In this document: piece by piece, positions 9,070 to 16,852 of the stretch
Layout of the letters: each line of letters begins with the position of its first letter
Position numbering within the stretch: position 1 is the first letter of the stretch
Notes under the pieces: model-generated
The model's input: the letters and a program-made list of their open reading frames with translations, nothing else
The model's database searches: none
What the model was told of the DNA's origin: nothing
Assembly (NCBI RefSeq): GCF_000025505.1
Contig: NC_013849.1
Coordinates: forward strand, 900,001 to 932,000
DNA from: Ferroglobus placidus DSM 10642
Lineage (GTDB): Archaea > Halobacteriota > Archaeoglobi > Archaeoglobales > Archaeoglobaceae
Length of the DNA stretch: 32,000 bases
Reading direction: 5' to 3'
Made by a program: the position numbers and the translations under genes

Positions 9070-9091
9070 ATTTAACCACAGTTAAATATAA
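9070..9091 (-). promoter_or_regulatory. TATA box of the HEPN-MNT unit overlapped by an inverted repeat (candidate operator)
   Basis: On the minus strand, 'TTATATTT' (fwd 9084-9091) lies about 24-31 nt upstream of the ATG at 9060. Inverted repeat ATTTAAC-caca-GTTAAAT spans 9070-9087. Confidence 0.45.
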
Positions 9092-9127
9092 CGTTTTGCT
9101 TAAAAAATACGACAAAAAAGGGGAAAA

Positions 9128-10060
9128 TTACTCGAGCTTAGCTCCGCAGTTCAGGCAGAACTTCGAGAAGTCTGGCAAAAATTCTGCTCCGCACTTCTCG
9201 CACTTCTTCATTAAAGGTCCGTAAGGATACCTCGGGTCCATTCCCTTTCCTATCCTGTCTCTTATCTCTCTCATCCTCGCCTTCCTCTTCTGCTTGAACG
9301 CCCACAGCCCTTCGCTCGGCTCGACTCCGCCTATGTTTAAAGAGAACCAGGCTTTACCGTGCTCCCAAGTAAGTCTCCAGACAAGGTCTCTCCACCAGTT
9401 CAAATGGACTTTGAAGTACCAAAGGCTCGAAGGAGACAGGTCGAGCATTCTGTCTATCATCTCCTTAACCTTCTCATCAAGCTTTTCCTGAGGAACCACG
9501 GCGTTAACGATCCCCCATTCGTAAGCAGTCTTCGCATCGATCTCGCTGCTCATCATGACTATTTCGGCAGCCCTCTTCAAGCCTATGTGTAACGGCAGCC
9601 ACTGAGATAACCCGCCGATGGAGGTCATTCCAACTCTTGGCCCGGGAGATATGAACCTCGCGTTTTCGCTTGCCACGGCTAAATCGCAGGCGCAAACGAA
9701 CTCGAAGCCTCCTCCTGCTGTGACTCCGTTCACCCTCGCTATAACCGGCTTTCCGCAGTGCATTATCATGTCGAAAACTCTTCCGTAGATTTCTCCCCAC
9801 TTCCAGAAGTCAGAAGGTTTCTTAGTGTACTCCTCAGCGTATTCGTGCACGTTACCTCCAGTACAGAAGGCTTTGTCGCCAACGCCGGTAAGAACTATGA
9901 ACTGTATGTCGTCGTTCCACATCGCTTTTTCTATAGCATCGACCATCTCCCTAAGGGTCGTCAACGTGTAAGAATTGTACTCGTGGGGACGATTTATTGC
10001 TATCAGAGCTGTATGCGTGTACCAGTTTTCGTCGTAAATAATCTCTTTGTAGTCCGCCAT
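9128..10060 (-). CDS. MenB/BadI-like crotonase-fold protein with C-terminal zinc ribbon
   Basis: 310-aa ORF. 'LTGVGDKAFCTGGN', 'NGVTAGGGFEFVCACDL' and 'SPGPRVGMTSIGG' resemble the DHNA-CoA synthase / 2-ketocyclohexanecarboxyl-CoA hydrolase branch. The last ~30 aa, 'CEKCGAEFLPDFSKFCLNCGAKL', form a CxxC...CxxC ribbon. Confidence 0.75.
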   Translation of the reverse strand: MADYKEIIYDENWYTHTALIAINRPHEYNSYTLTTLREMVDAIEKAMWNDDIQFIVLTGVGDKAFCTGGNVHEYAEEYTKKPSDFWKWGEIYGRVFDMIMHCGKPVIARVNGVTAGGGFEFVCACDLAVASENARFISPGPRVGMTSIGGLSQWLPLHIGLKRAAEIVMMSSEIDAKTAYEWGIVNAVVPQEKLDEKVKEMIDRMLDLSPSSLWYFKVHLNWWRDLVWRLTWEHGKAWFSLNIGGVEPSEGLWAFKQKRKARMREIRDRIGKGMDPRYPYGPLMKKCEKCGAEFLPDFSKFCLNCGAKLE

Positions 10061-10110
10061 GGTAAAATGTTGTAGAGGGAAAATATAAAGTTTACGAATT
10101 AAAGCCGAAA

Positions 10111-10902
10111 TTAATTGTTATCTTTACTTTGTAAAGACTTCTGGAGGGCTAACAATGCCGCTCCGTAGGCACCGATTATTTGAGGGTTTTCTGGGACAGA
10201 AATGCTGACTTTAAGCTCTTCCTCCAGAGCTTTTACCACTCCTTTATTTTTAGCAACTCCTCCTGTCATCACAACTCTCTCCCTAATTCCCACCTGCTTT
10301 ACAATTCCAGCCACCCTTTTAGCTATAGCTCTGCAGACTCCGGCAACGACGTCGTAAACGTCCTTTCCTTCAGCGAGCAAAGAAATTACTTCGCTTTCCG
10401 CAAAAACCGTGCAGACGCTCGTAATTTCGACCTTATTTTTAGCTTTGAAATACGCTTCCGAAAGTTCCTCGAGCGTTAAGCCGAGAGTTGACGCCATAAC
10501 TTCAAGGAATTTTCCAGTTCCAGCAGCGCACTTATCGTTCATAGCGAAGTTGATAACTCTCCCGTTTTCATCCAAAGCTATAGCTTTGGAATCCTGTCCT
10601 CCTACATCTATGACCGTTCTGCAATCGGGAAAAATTTTCTTAACTCCCGTCGCATGGCAGGTTATCTCGGTAACTTTTTCATCCGCAAAGTCCTCAGCAG
10701 CAAGATTTCTTCCGTATCCTGTGGCTACTACGTACTCAACTTTCCCATCAACTTTTTTCAGTGCTTCCTCGAGAGCGAGTCTACCAACTTCTTTAACTTT
10801 TGCTCCAGTTTTAATTATGCTGTAGGAAAGTATCTCCCCCTTTTCATTTATTACGCAAGCCTTTGTCGTGTTGGAGCCAATATCCACTCCAGCGAACATC
10901 AT
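10111..10902 (-). CDS. BcrAD/BadFG/HgdC-type ATPase (activator of a 2-hydroxyacyl-CoA dehydratase / BCR-like enzyme)
   Basis: 263-aa ORF. ASKHA-fold start 'FAGVDIGSNTTK', 'DVGGQDSK', and cluster-bridging Cys motif 'DKCAAGTGKFLE'. The start overlaps the upstream stop (ATGA). Confidence 0.88.
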   Translation of the reverse strand: MMFAGVDIGSNTTKACVINEKGEILSYSIIKTGAKVKEVGRLALEEALKKVDGKVEYVVATGYGRNLAAEDFADEKVTEITCHATGVKKIFPDCRTVIDVGGQDSKAIALDENGRVINFAMNDKCAAGTGKFLEVMASTLGLTLEELSEAYFKAKNKVEITSVCTVFAESEVISLLAEGKDVYDVVAGVCRAIAKRVAGIVKQVGIRERVVMTGGVAKNKGVVKALEEELKVSISVPENPQIIGAYGAALLALQKSLQSKDNN

Positions 10903-12119
10903 AACAGAGCCTCTATAAAAGCGTCTATTTTCGTTTTTGCCCTCTCAATTGGCATCATCCTCGGATCGCACTGGGGTGCTTCGAGTATCAGGCTTGGAAC
11001 ACCCAGATCTTCCTTCAGTCTTTCGGCGAGGGGGTAAATTATAGCAGAAGTTATTCTGCAGCCCGTGTTTTCGAGGAGCAAAGCTCCGTCTATATCAGCC
11101 TTTTTAGCGGTTTTTATGACGCTGTCCAAAAAAGAGTAGTCGCAGTTGGTGAAGTGGAAACTTCTCTTAGCCATGCTTCTGAAGGGGTCTTTCGCTTCAA
11201 CTCTATGTACTGAAGCGTTGACGTAGAGATTGACCGGAAAATTCGCTCCCTTACTTTCGCAGTACTGGTAGAGTTCGAGGGTGTGCCAAGGCATTATACC
11301 GAAGGTAAGAAATCTAAGCTTTTCCTCCGAAACTCCTTCTCCCTTCTTAACCCTCTCCTTTATTTTTTCGTAAGCCTTCTCGCAGAATTCTAAAGCGTAA
11401 TCGCTGCCGAGGACGAAGAAGGCTATGAAAACCAAATCCCCTATCTCCCTCTGACTTCCGGGAGTTGGCTTGGACATCATAAGTTTTAAAATTTCTATGA
11501 GTAGCTCGGAAGTTTTCTCGGAAATCCTGAACACTTCCTTCATCCTTTCCTCGTCAAAATCTCCGGCAATTTTTTCCATGAACTCGACGAGCTTCTTCAA
11601 CCTCGAAATGACATATTCCAAATAGAATTCGTCCACCCATTCAGCGTCTTTTGTCAGCTCGTCCACGTTCCTAAGAGAATCTTTAGTCCAGTAGGGGTAG
11701 TTCACGAAAAACCTCGGCACTTTGTAGTATCTGGCAAAAACTTCAGCCATTTCAGTATGAGCGACGCACAAAGCTCTCGTCCCAACTATGAAGTCGGGCT
11801 TTGGCATCAAAGGCTTTGTCGCCTTCTCTGGAGAGATTATCGATCCTATCGTCGTTTTAAAGTAATCGCAGAGGAAGTGGGAGTATCCGGAGGATATTGC
11901 CTCGTCTATTAAAGCCATTGAAGAGCCTCTTGCCGCACAGTAAGCCGAATACTGCTCGGGGAAGGCTGAAACAACATCGAAAACGTAAATTAGCTCAGAT
12001 GGATGGAAGGAGAAAAACCATCCCACCGGTCTGCCTTTTTTCAGCAACTCCTCCTGCCTCGCGAGATGCTTTTTGAACAAACTCCTGTAAAGCTCTTTAT
12101 AACCGAGAGGGTTCCACAT
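10899..12119 (-). CDS. 2-hydroxyacyl-CoA dehydratase / benzoyl-CoA reductase family subunit (HGD-D type)
   Basis: ORF 10899..12155 in the track. I prefer the ATG at 12119 ('MWNPLGYKELY'), which lies 5 nt after the upstream TGA and is preceded by GGAAGGTGA. Size, position next to the activator and several conserved-looking Cys ('FLCDYFK', 'NTGCRITS') fit the family. The assignment is by context plus weak motif recall. Confidence 0.7.
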   Translation of the reverse strand: MWNPLGYKELYRSLFKKHLARQEELLKKGRPVGWFFSFHPSELIYVFDVVSAFPEQYSAYCAARGSSMALIDEAISSGYSHFLCDYFKTTIGSIISPEKATKPLMPKPDFIVGTRALCVAHTEMAEVFARYYKVPRFFVNYPYWTKDSLRNVDELTKDAEWVDEFYLEYVISRLKKLVEFMEKIAGDFDEERMKEVFRISEKTSELLIEILKLMMSKPTPGSQREIGDLVFIAFFVLGSDYALEFCEKAYEKIKERVKKGEGVSEEKLRFLTFGIMPWHTLELYQYCESKGANFPVNLYVNASVHRVEAKDPFRSMAKRSFHFTNCDYSFLDSVIKTAKKADIDGALLLENTGCRITSAIIYPLAERLKEDLGVPSLILEAPQCDPRMMPIERAKTKIDAFIEALL

Positions 12120-12123
12120 TTTT

Positions 12124-13212
12124 TCACCTTCCGAAAGATTCGATAAAAGCTTCAACCCTCGTTTTGTACTGCTCGATGCTAATCGGATACTCGTAATCCA
12201 AAACCAACACCGGAACGTTAAGCTCCCTCACTATCCAGCTGCACTGATGCCCGCAGATTTCGCAACCCCTCTCCTTCATAAGTATCACCGCTTCAGCTTT
12301 GCTCTTCTCGATCCTTTTACTTATGAACTCAATTCTCTCATCGATCGGGGACGCCTTAGAAGACATTGTGCACGAGCAGATCGAGAAGTACCTTTTCGCA
12401 ACGCTTTCTATTGAGCCGTCGTCAACCATGCCAGAGTAGTAAGCTGCAGAAGTGCAGAAATCGTCGGAAACTATCGCCAAACCCCAGTCCTCGAGATTCC
12501 TAAGAAAGTTCACGTCGGCAAAGTCGGTTCCGGAAACGTGAACTCTGATTTTGTAATCTTCTCTTCCTTCCCTCCGCTCAGCCTCTCTGTAAAAATCCCT
12601 CGCTATCTGCAAAAAATCCTCCTTAAGCATTTGCTGGGAAATTAGCATTAGAGAGAGAAACTCGCTTCCGCTAACCTTCGGGTTCTCCTTGCTCCTCAAG
12701 CTGTCTATCCTCGAGCAAAGGATTCTGTACTCGTTGTAAATCTCAACGGAATCTCTTAGCTTCTTCTTATCAATATCGGTTTTCAAAAAATTGGAAAGCT
12801 TTAAAGAAAACCTCTCCAGCTCCTCTTTAAAGAAGTGGAAAGAATCCTCATCTTTCACGAAGGGAAATTGGATGAGGTAAGAAAATTCGGGTTTGACGTA
12901 AAAGGTGTAGGAGGAGAAGAGGTGAATTTTCGTGTCGTCGGTTGTTGAGGAAACAATGCCATCTACTTTAAAGCCCCTCAAACCGTCCTCCATAACCCCT
13001 CGCGAATAGCTGCACATCCAGCTGGGGAATTTCGCATATACCTCTTTGAACTCGTTAACTCCGAAGAGCCTTACCGGAACCGCTCCGAGAGAATGGATGA
13101 TCTCTTCAGGCACCGTGTTACACATCGTCCCGATTATTTTCTTCCCTCTTCTCCTGTACTCTTCGATCTTTTTCCTTTCGATAAAAAACTCCTGAAAAAT
13201 TTTTGGTATCAT
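12124..13212 (-). CDS. 2-hydroxyacyl-CoA dehydratase / benzoyl-CoA reductase family subunit (HGD-D type)
   Basis: ORF 12124..13224 in the track. I prefer the ATG at 13212 ('MIPKIFQEF'), which is preceded by GGAGGT and lies 1 nt after the ligase stop. N-terminal 'KKIIGTMCNTVPEEIIHSLGAVPVRLFG' is the typical family start. 'ERGCEICGHQ' lies near the C-terminus. Confidence 0.75.
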   Translation of the reverse strand: MIPKIFQEFFIERKKIEEYRRRGKKIIGTMCNTVPEEIIHSLGAVPVRLFGVNEFKEVYAKFPSWMCSYSRGVMEDGLRGFKVDGIVSSTTDDTKIHLFSSYTFYVKPEFSYLIQFPFVKDEDSFHFFKEELERFSLKLSNFLKTDIDKKKLRDSVEIYNEYRILCSRIDSLRSKENPKVSGSEFLSLMLISQQMLKEDFLQIARDFYREAERREGREDYKIRVHVSGTDFADVNFLRNLEDWGLAIVSDDFCTSAAYYSGMVDDGSIESVAKRYFSICSCTMSSKASPIDERIEFISKRIEKSKAEAVILMKERGCEICGHQCSWIVRELNVPVLVLDYEYPISIEQYKTRVEAFIESFGR

Positions 13213-13213
13213 T

Positions 13214-14872
13214 TTAACCTCCACGCTTCTTTCTCTCCTCTTCTCTAAGAACCCTCCTGAGAATCTTTCCTACTGCACTCTTGGGCAGCTCATCCCTGAA
13301 TTCGACGATTCTCGGAATCTTGTAAGCAGCCAAGTGCTTCCTCGCAAACTCGATGATTTCCTCTTCAGTAACTTTGCCCTTGTACTCGGGCTTGAGAACT
13401 ATGAAGGCTTTGGGCACCTCTCCTCTGTACTCGTCGGGAACTCCTATCACGGCGCATTCTAAAACTGCTGGATGCCTGTACAAGACTTCCTCAACCTCAG
13501 AAGGATAGACGTTGTATCCGCTTACTATGATCATGTCTTTCTTCCTGTCGACTATGTAAATGTAGCCGTCCTCATCCATGTATCCGATGTCGCCAGTGTA
13601 GAGCCACCCATCCCTTATCGCTTCCTTCGTCCTCTCCGGATCGTTCCAGTACTCCCTTATTATTTTCTTGCTCCTGAGAACTATCTCTCCTACGTTCTCC
13701 TCCCCCGGAGGTAGATCTTTTCCAGTTTCTGGATCGACTATTTTGATCTCCACGCTCGGCACGGGCATTCCAGCGCTTCCAACCTTTATAACTCCGTGAA
13801 CCGGGTTGCTCGTACCAATTATCGCAGCCTCAGTCAATCCCCACTGCTCGATGACAGTTGCGTCTGGCATTAACTCCTTCACCTTCCTCAAAAGCTCAAT
13901 AGGCACCGGAGCTGAGCCGACGCTGATAACTCTAACGGAAGAAAGATCTCTTCTCTTCACTTCAGGATGATTCACTATAGCTACAAGATGCGTCGGGACG
14001 CAGTGTATCTGAGTGATTCTGTACCTCTCCACAGCTCTCAAAAATTCTCCGGCTTCGAAGTAGGGGAAGAGAACCACCGTTCCGGCATTGTAGAAAACGT
14101 TCATGTTGCTCGTCCATATTCCGTTTCCGTGGAACATCGGCATCAAACCAGAGAAAACATCCTTGCCCTTTCTCGCATCGAGCACTATCGAGAATATCTT
14201 CGCATCTATCATCAAATTTCTGTGGGTGTAAACAGCCCCCTTCGGTCTTCCAGTCGTACCGCCGGTGTACGTTAATGAAGCAACATCCTCAAGGGAGACG
14301 TCGAATTTCGCCGGTTTGGGATTCTTCTTTAAAAGTTCGGTGAAGAAAATCACTCTTTCGTCGCTTTTCAGCTCCTCCTCGTTCTTGTAAGGCAGAAACC
14401 TCCTCGAAGTTGGAGGGAGGTAATCCTTTAAGCTCGTAACTATGATGTGTTCCAGCGGAGTTTTGTCGAAGACAGCCTTCACCCTATCGTAGAGGATGTC
14501 GAGGGTTACGATAGCCTTAGCTCCGGAGTGGTTGAGCTGATACTCAAGCTCCCTTTCGGTGTACATAACGTTCGTATGAACAGCTATCATCCCGTTGCTC
14601 AAAGCAGCAAAGTAGCCGATGTTGAACTGCGGACAGTTCGGCATGAAAAACGAAATTCTGTCTCCTTTTTCCAGGTAATCCGAGAAAGCGTTTGCAACTC
14701 TTAAAACCTGATCGAAGAACTCTCTGTAAGTTAGAGTGTGCCCGTAGTAAATTATCGCATCCTTGTCAGCGTACTCTTTTGCTACTTCAGCCAGCATTTC
14801 CGGTGGAGTTTTATCAGGCTCTTCGATATCCTCGGGCCATCCGATGTACTTGTACCACTTCTTCCAAATCAT
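13214..14872 (-). CDS. AMP-forming acyl-CoA ligase (adenylate-forming superfamily)
   Basis: ORF 13214..14881 in the track. The ATG at 14872 is preceded by AAGGTGG. AMP-binding motif 'LTYTGGTTGRPKGAVYTH', 'GYGLTE'-like 'QWGLTEA', 'TGDIGYMDEDGYIYIVDRKKD', and C-terminal 'PKSAVGKILRR'. Confidence 0.9.
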   Translation of the reverse strand: MIWKKWYKYIGWPEDIEEPDKTPPEMLAEVAKEYADKDAIIYYGHTLTYREFFDQVLRVANAFSDYLEKGDRISFFMPNCPQFNIGYFAALSNGMIAVHTNVMYTERELEYQLNHSGAKAIVTLDILYDRVKAVFDKTPLEHIIVTSLKDYLPPTSRRFLPYKNEEELKSDERVIFFTELLKKNPKPAKFDVSLEDVASLTYTGGTTGRPKGAVYTHRNLMIDAKIFSIVLDARKGKDVFSGLMPMFHGNGIWTSNMNVFYNAGTVVLFPYFEAGEFLRAVERYRITQIHCVPTHLVAIVNHPEVKRRDLSSVRVISVGSAPVPIELLRKVKELMPDATVIEQWGLTEAAIIGTSNPVHGVIKVGSAGMPVPSVEIKIVDPETGKDLPPGEENVGEIVLRSKKIIREYWNDPERTKEAIRDGWLYTGDIGYMDEDGYIYIVDRKKDMIIVSGYNVYPSEVEEVLYRHPAVLECAVIGVPDEYRGEVPKAFIVLKPEYKGKVTEEEIIEFARKHLAAYKIPRIVEFRDELPKSAVGKILRRVLREEERKKRGG

Positions 14873-14962
14873 CCGAACCACCTTTTACACTTTTAAACAA
14901 TTACCGGTTATTTTCTAAAACTTGTAAAGGAAATTAATAAGTTTTACGCAACTTTGTAAAAG

Positions 14963-15937
14963 TCAGCTGCGAAGAGAGCTTCTAATTTTGTGCCACAGAC
15001 CTTCCGGAGAGAGCAATGCAACCGCTATCAGAATTGCGTAAAGAACGATTTCGTCGTTTACAAAAGCTCCCTGAGGGATCATCGTTTTCAGGAAGAGGTT
15101 CTTCAATAAGTAGACGATGATTCCGCCTATTAAAGGTCCGTAGAGCGTTCCAAGCCCGCCAAGAACTGCCGACAAAATAATCATTAACATGAGAGGTATG
15201 TCGTACAAATCCGGACCGACTGTAATTCTGTAAAGAACTATAGTCGCTCCGGCTACTCCGGCAAAGAAAGAACTTATCGTAAAGGCGAGAACTTTGTACT
15301 TCACGACGTCAATTCCCAAAGCTTCGGCCAGTTCCTCGTCATCTCTCACCGCCATGAATCTGTAACCCAAATCGCTCTTAACGATGTAACGCATGGCTAA
15401 AAAGCACAGTAAAAAGACTGCAAAGGCTACGTAATACCTAACCACCGGCGATTGGGACAAAGCTCTCTCCAAACCTATGGAAAATCCCTCTTCCCCACCG
15501 AAAACGTCGGAGAAAACGTAAACTGTTTGGATGAAAACGAGGGGGAGTATTGCGGTGACCAAAGCGAAATAGTATCCTTTAAGCCTCAAAGTTACGAAGC
15601 CTATAGCAGCTCCGAAGAGGGCTGCTACGATTCCACCTATTAAAATCGACAGAAACTGATTCTGAGGAGGCATAGAAGCTAAAGCTGAAGAAAAGCTTTC
15701 GAATCTTGAAGGGACTTGGAGTAAAGCTGCCGTATACGCTCCGAGCCCAACGAAGACCGTATGACCGAGGTTAACTTGTCCGGTGTATCCGACTATTATA
15801 TCCCAGCTCAGTACGAGGATAAGAAATAGAAAGAGCATTCCGAAGAGGAAGAGGTAACCTTCGGGGGTGTAGAAAGGTAGCGTTAACGCAACTATCAATC
15901 CGATTAAGCCTATCAAGTAATTCTTCAAACCCCTCAT
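14963..15937 (-). CDS. livM: Branched-chain-amino-acid-type ABC transporter permease (LivM family)
   Basis: 324-aa polytopic ORF. 'GYTGQVNLGHTVFVGLGAY' is typical of LivM. The start overlaps the livH stop. Confidence 0.85.
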   Translation of the reverse strand: MRGLKNYLIGLIGLIVALTLPFYTPEGYLFLFGMLFLFLILVLSWDIIVGYTGQVNLGHTVFVGLGAYTAALLQVPSRFESFSSALASMPPQNQFLSILIGGIVAALFGAAIGFVTLRLKGYYFALVTAILPLVFIQTVYVFSDVFGGEEGFSIGLERALSQSPVVRYYVAFAVFLLCFLAMRYIVKSDLGYRFMAVRDDEELAEALGIDVVKYKVLAFTISSFFAGVAGATIVLYRITVGPDLYDIPLMLMIILSAVLGGLGTLYGPLIGGIIVYLLKNLFLKTMIPQGAFVNDEIVLYAILIAVALLSPEGLWHKIRSSLRS

Positions 15938-16791
15938 TCTTCCACCCCGAAGAGTCCCGTAGGTTTGAATATCAGCACGGCTATTATCAAAAGCATAACA
16001 ACGAATTCAGCCCACCTCGCTCCGAGAAAAACGATCGTTGTTGCCAAAACGTAGCCGACGATAAAAGAAGCCACTATGCTACCTTTCACGCTACCGAGTC
16101 CTCCCAAAATGACTATTGCGAAAGCGAAAATCAGAGACTTTATTGCTGCAAAAGGATTAGCTGAGAATATCTGAGCGTAAAATATTCCAGCGAAGCCGGC
16201 TAAGATTGCCGAGACGAACATAGTAACCGTGAAAATTCTTTCCACGTTTATGCCGATCAGCATTGCTCCCTCGTAATTCTGGGAAGCTGCGCTTATCATT
16301 TTACCGGTTCTCGTTTTGTTTATGAATATTTCGAGAATTACGAGAATTGCAATCGAGAAAACGAAAGCCAAAATTCTTTTATAGGTAACCGGAACGTCGT
16401 AAATTCTCACAACACCTCCCACAAAGCTCGGCAAGCTCACACCGTGTTCGCCGTAGGTGAGCAGAATTATCTGCTCGAAAAGTAAAGCCAAAGCGAGCGT
16501 TACTATTATGACCATAACTTCGTGCTCCCTTATCGGAGCGAGCAAAAACCTGTAGATTGCGACAGCCAAAGCTCCGATTAGAAGAACGCCGAGAATGACA
16601 GAGAGATAAAGGTTTAATCCGCTTTTGTAAAACGTTATCGCAAAATAAGCTGCTAAAACGAAGAAAGTGCCGTGGGCGAAGTTTAAAATTCTCGAAACGC
16701 CGAAAATGAGCGTGAAACCCGAGGAAACTAAAGCCCACATTCCACTTATAACCGCACCGTATATAAGTATCCTGACAATGTCTTCAATCAT
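15934..16791 (-). CDS. livH: Branched-chain-amino-acid-type ABC transporter permease (LivH family)
   Basis: 285-aa polytopic ORF. 'LIFGVSRILNFAHGTFFVLAAY' is typical of LivH. Confidence 0.85.
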   Translation of the reverse strand: MIEDIVRILIYGAVISGMWALVSSGFTLIFGVSRILNFAHGTFFVLAAYFAITFYKSGLNLYLSVILGVLLIGALAVAIYRFLLAPIREHEVMVIIVTLALALLFEQIILLTYGEHGVSLPSFVGGVVRIYDVPVTYKRILAFVFSIAILVILEIFINKTRTGKMISAASQNYEGAMLIGINVERIFTVTMFVSAILAGFAGIFYAQIFSANPFAAIKSLIFAFAIVILGGLGSVKGSIVASFIVGYVLATTIVFLGARWAEFVVMLLIIAVLIFKPTGLFGVEE

Positions 16792-16852
16792 ACTTAATCA
16801 CGACATTACAAAAAATAAAAAATTTTCGGAAATATTTTACAAAGTTAAATCT

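Noticed and set aside
10111-13224. Calling the three genes a bona fide class I benzoyl-CoA reductase (BcrABCD/BzdNOPQ)
   Set aside because: Known class I BCRs have two distinct ATPase subunits, and only one activator-type ATPase is present in this cluster. Identity as BCR versus dehydratase cannot be decided from the sequence by eye.
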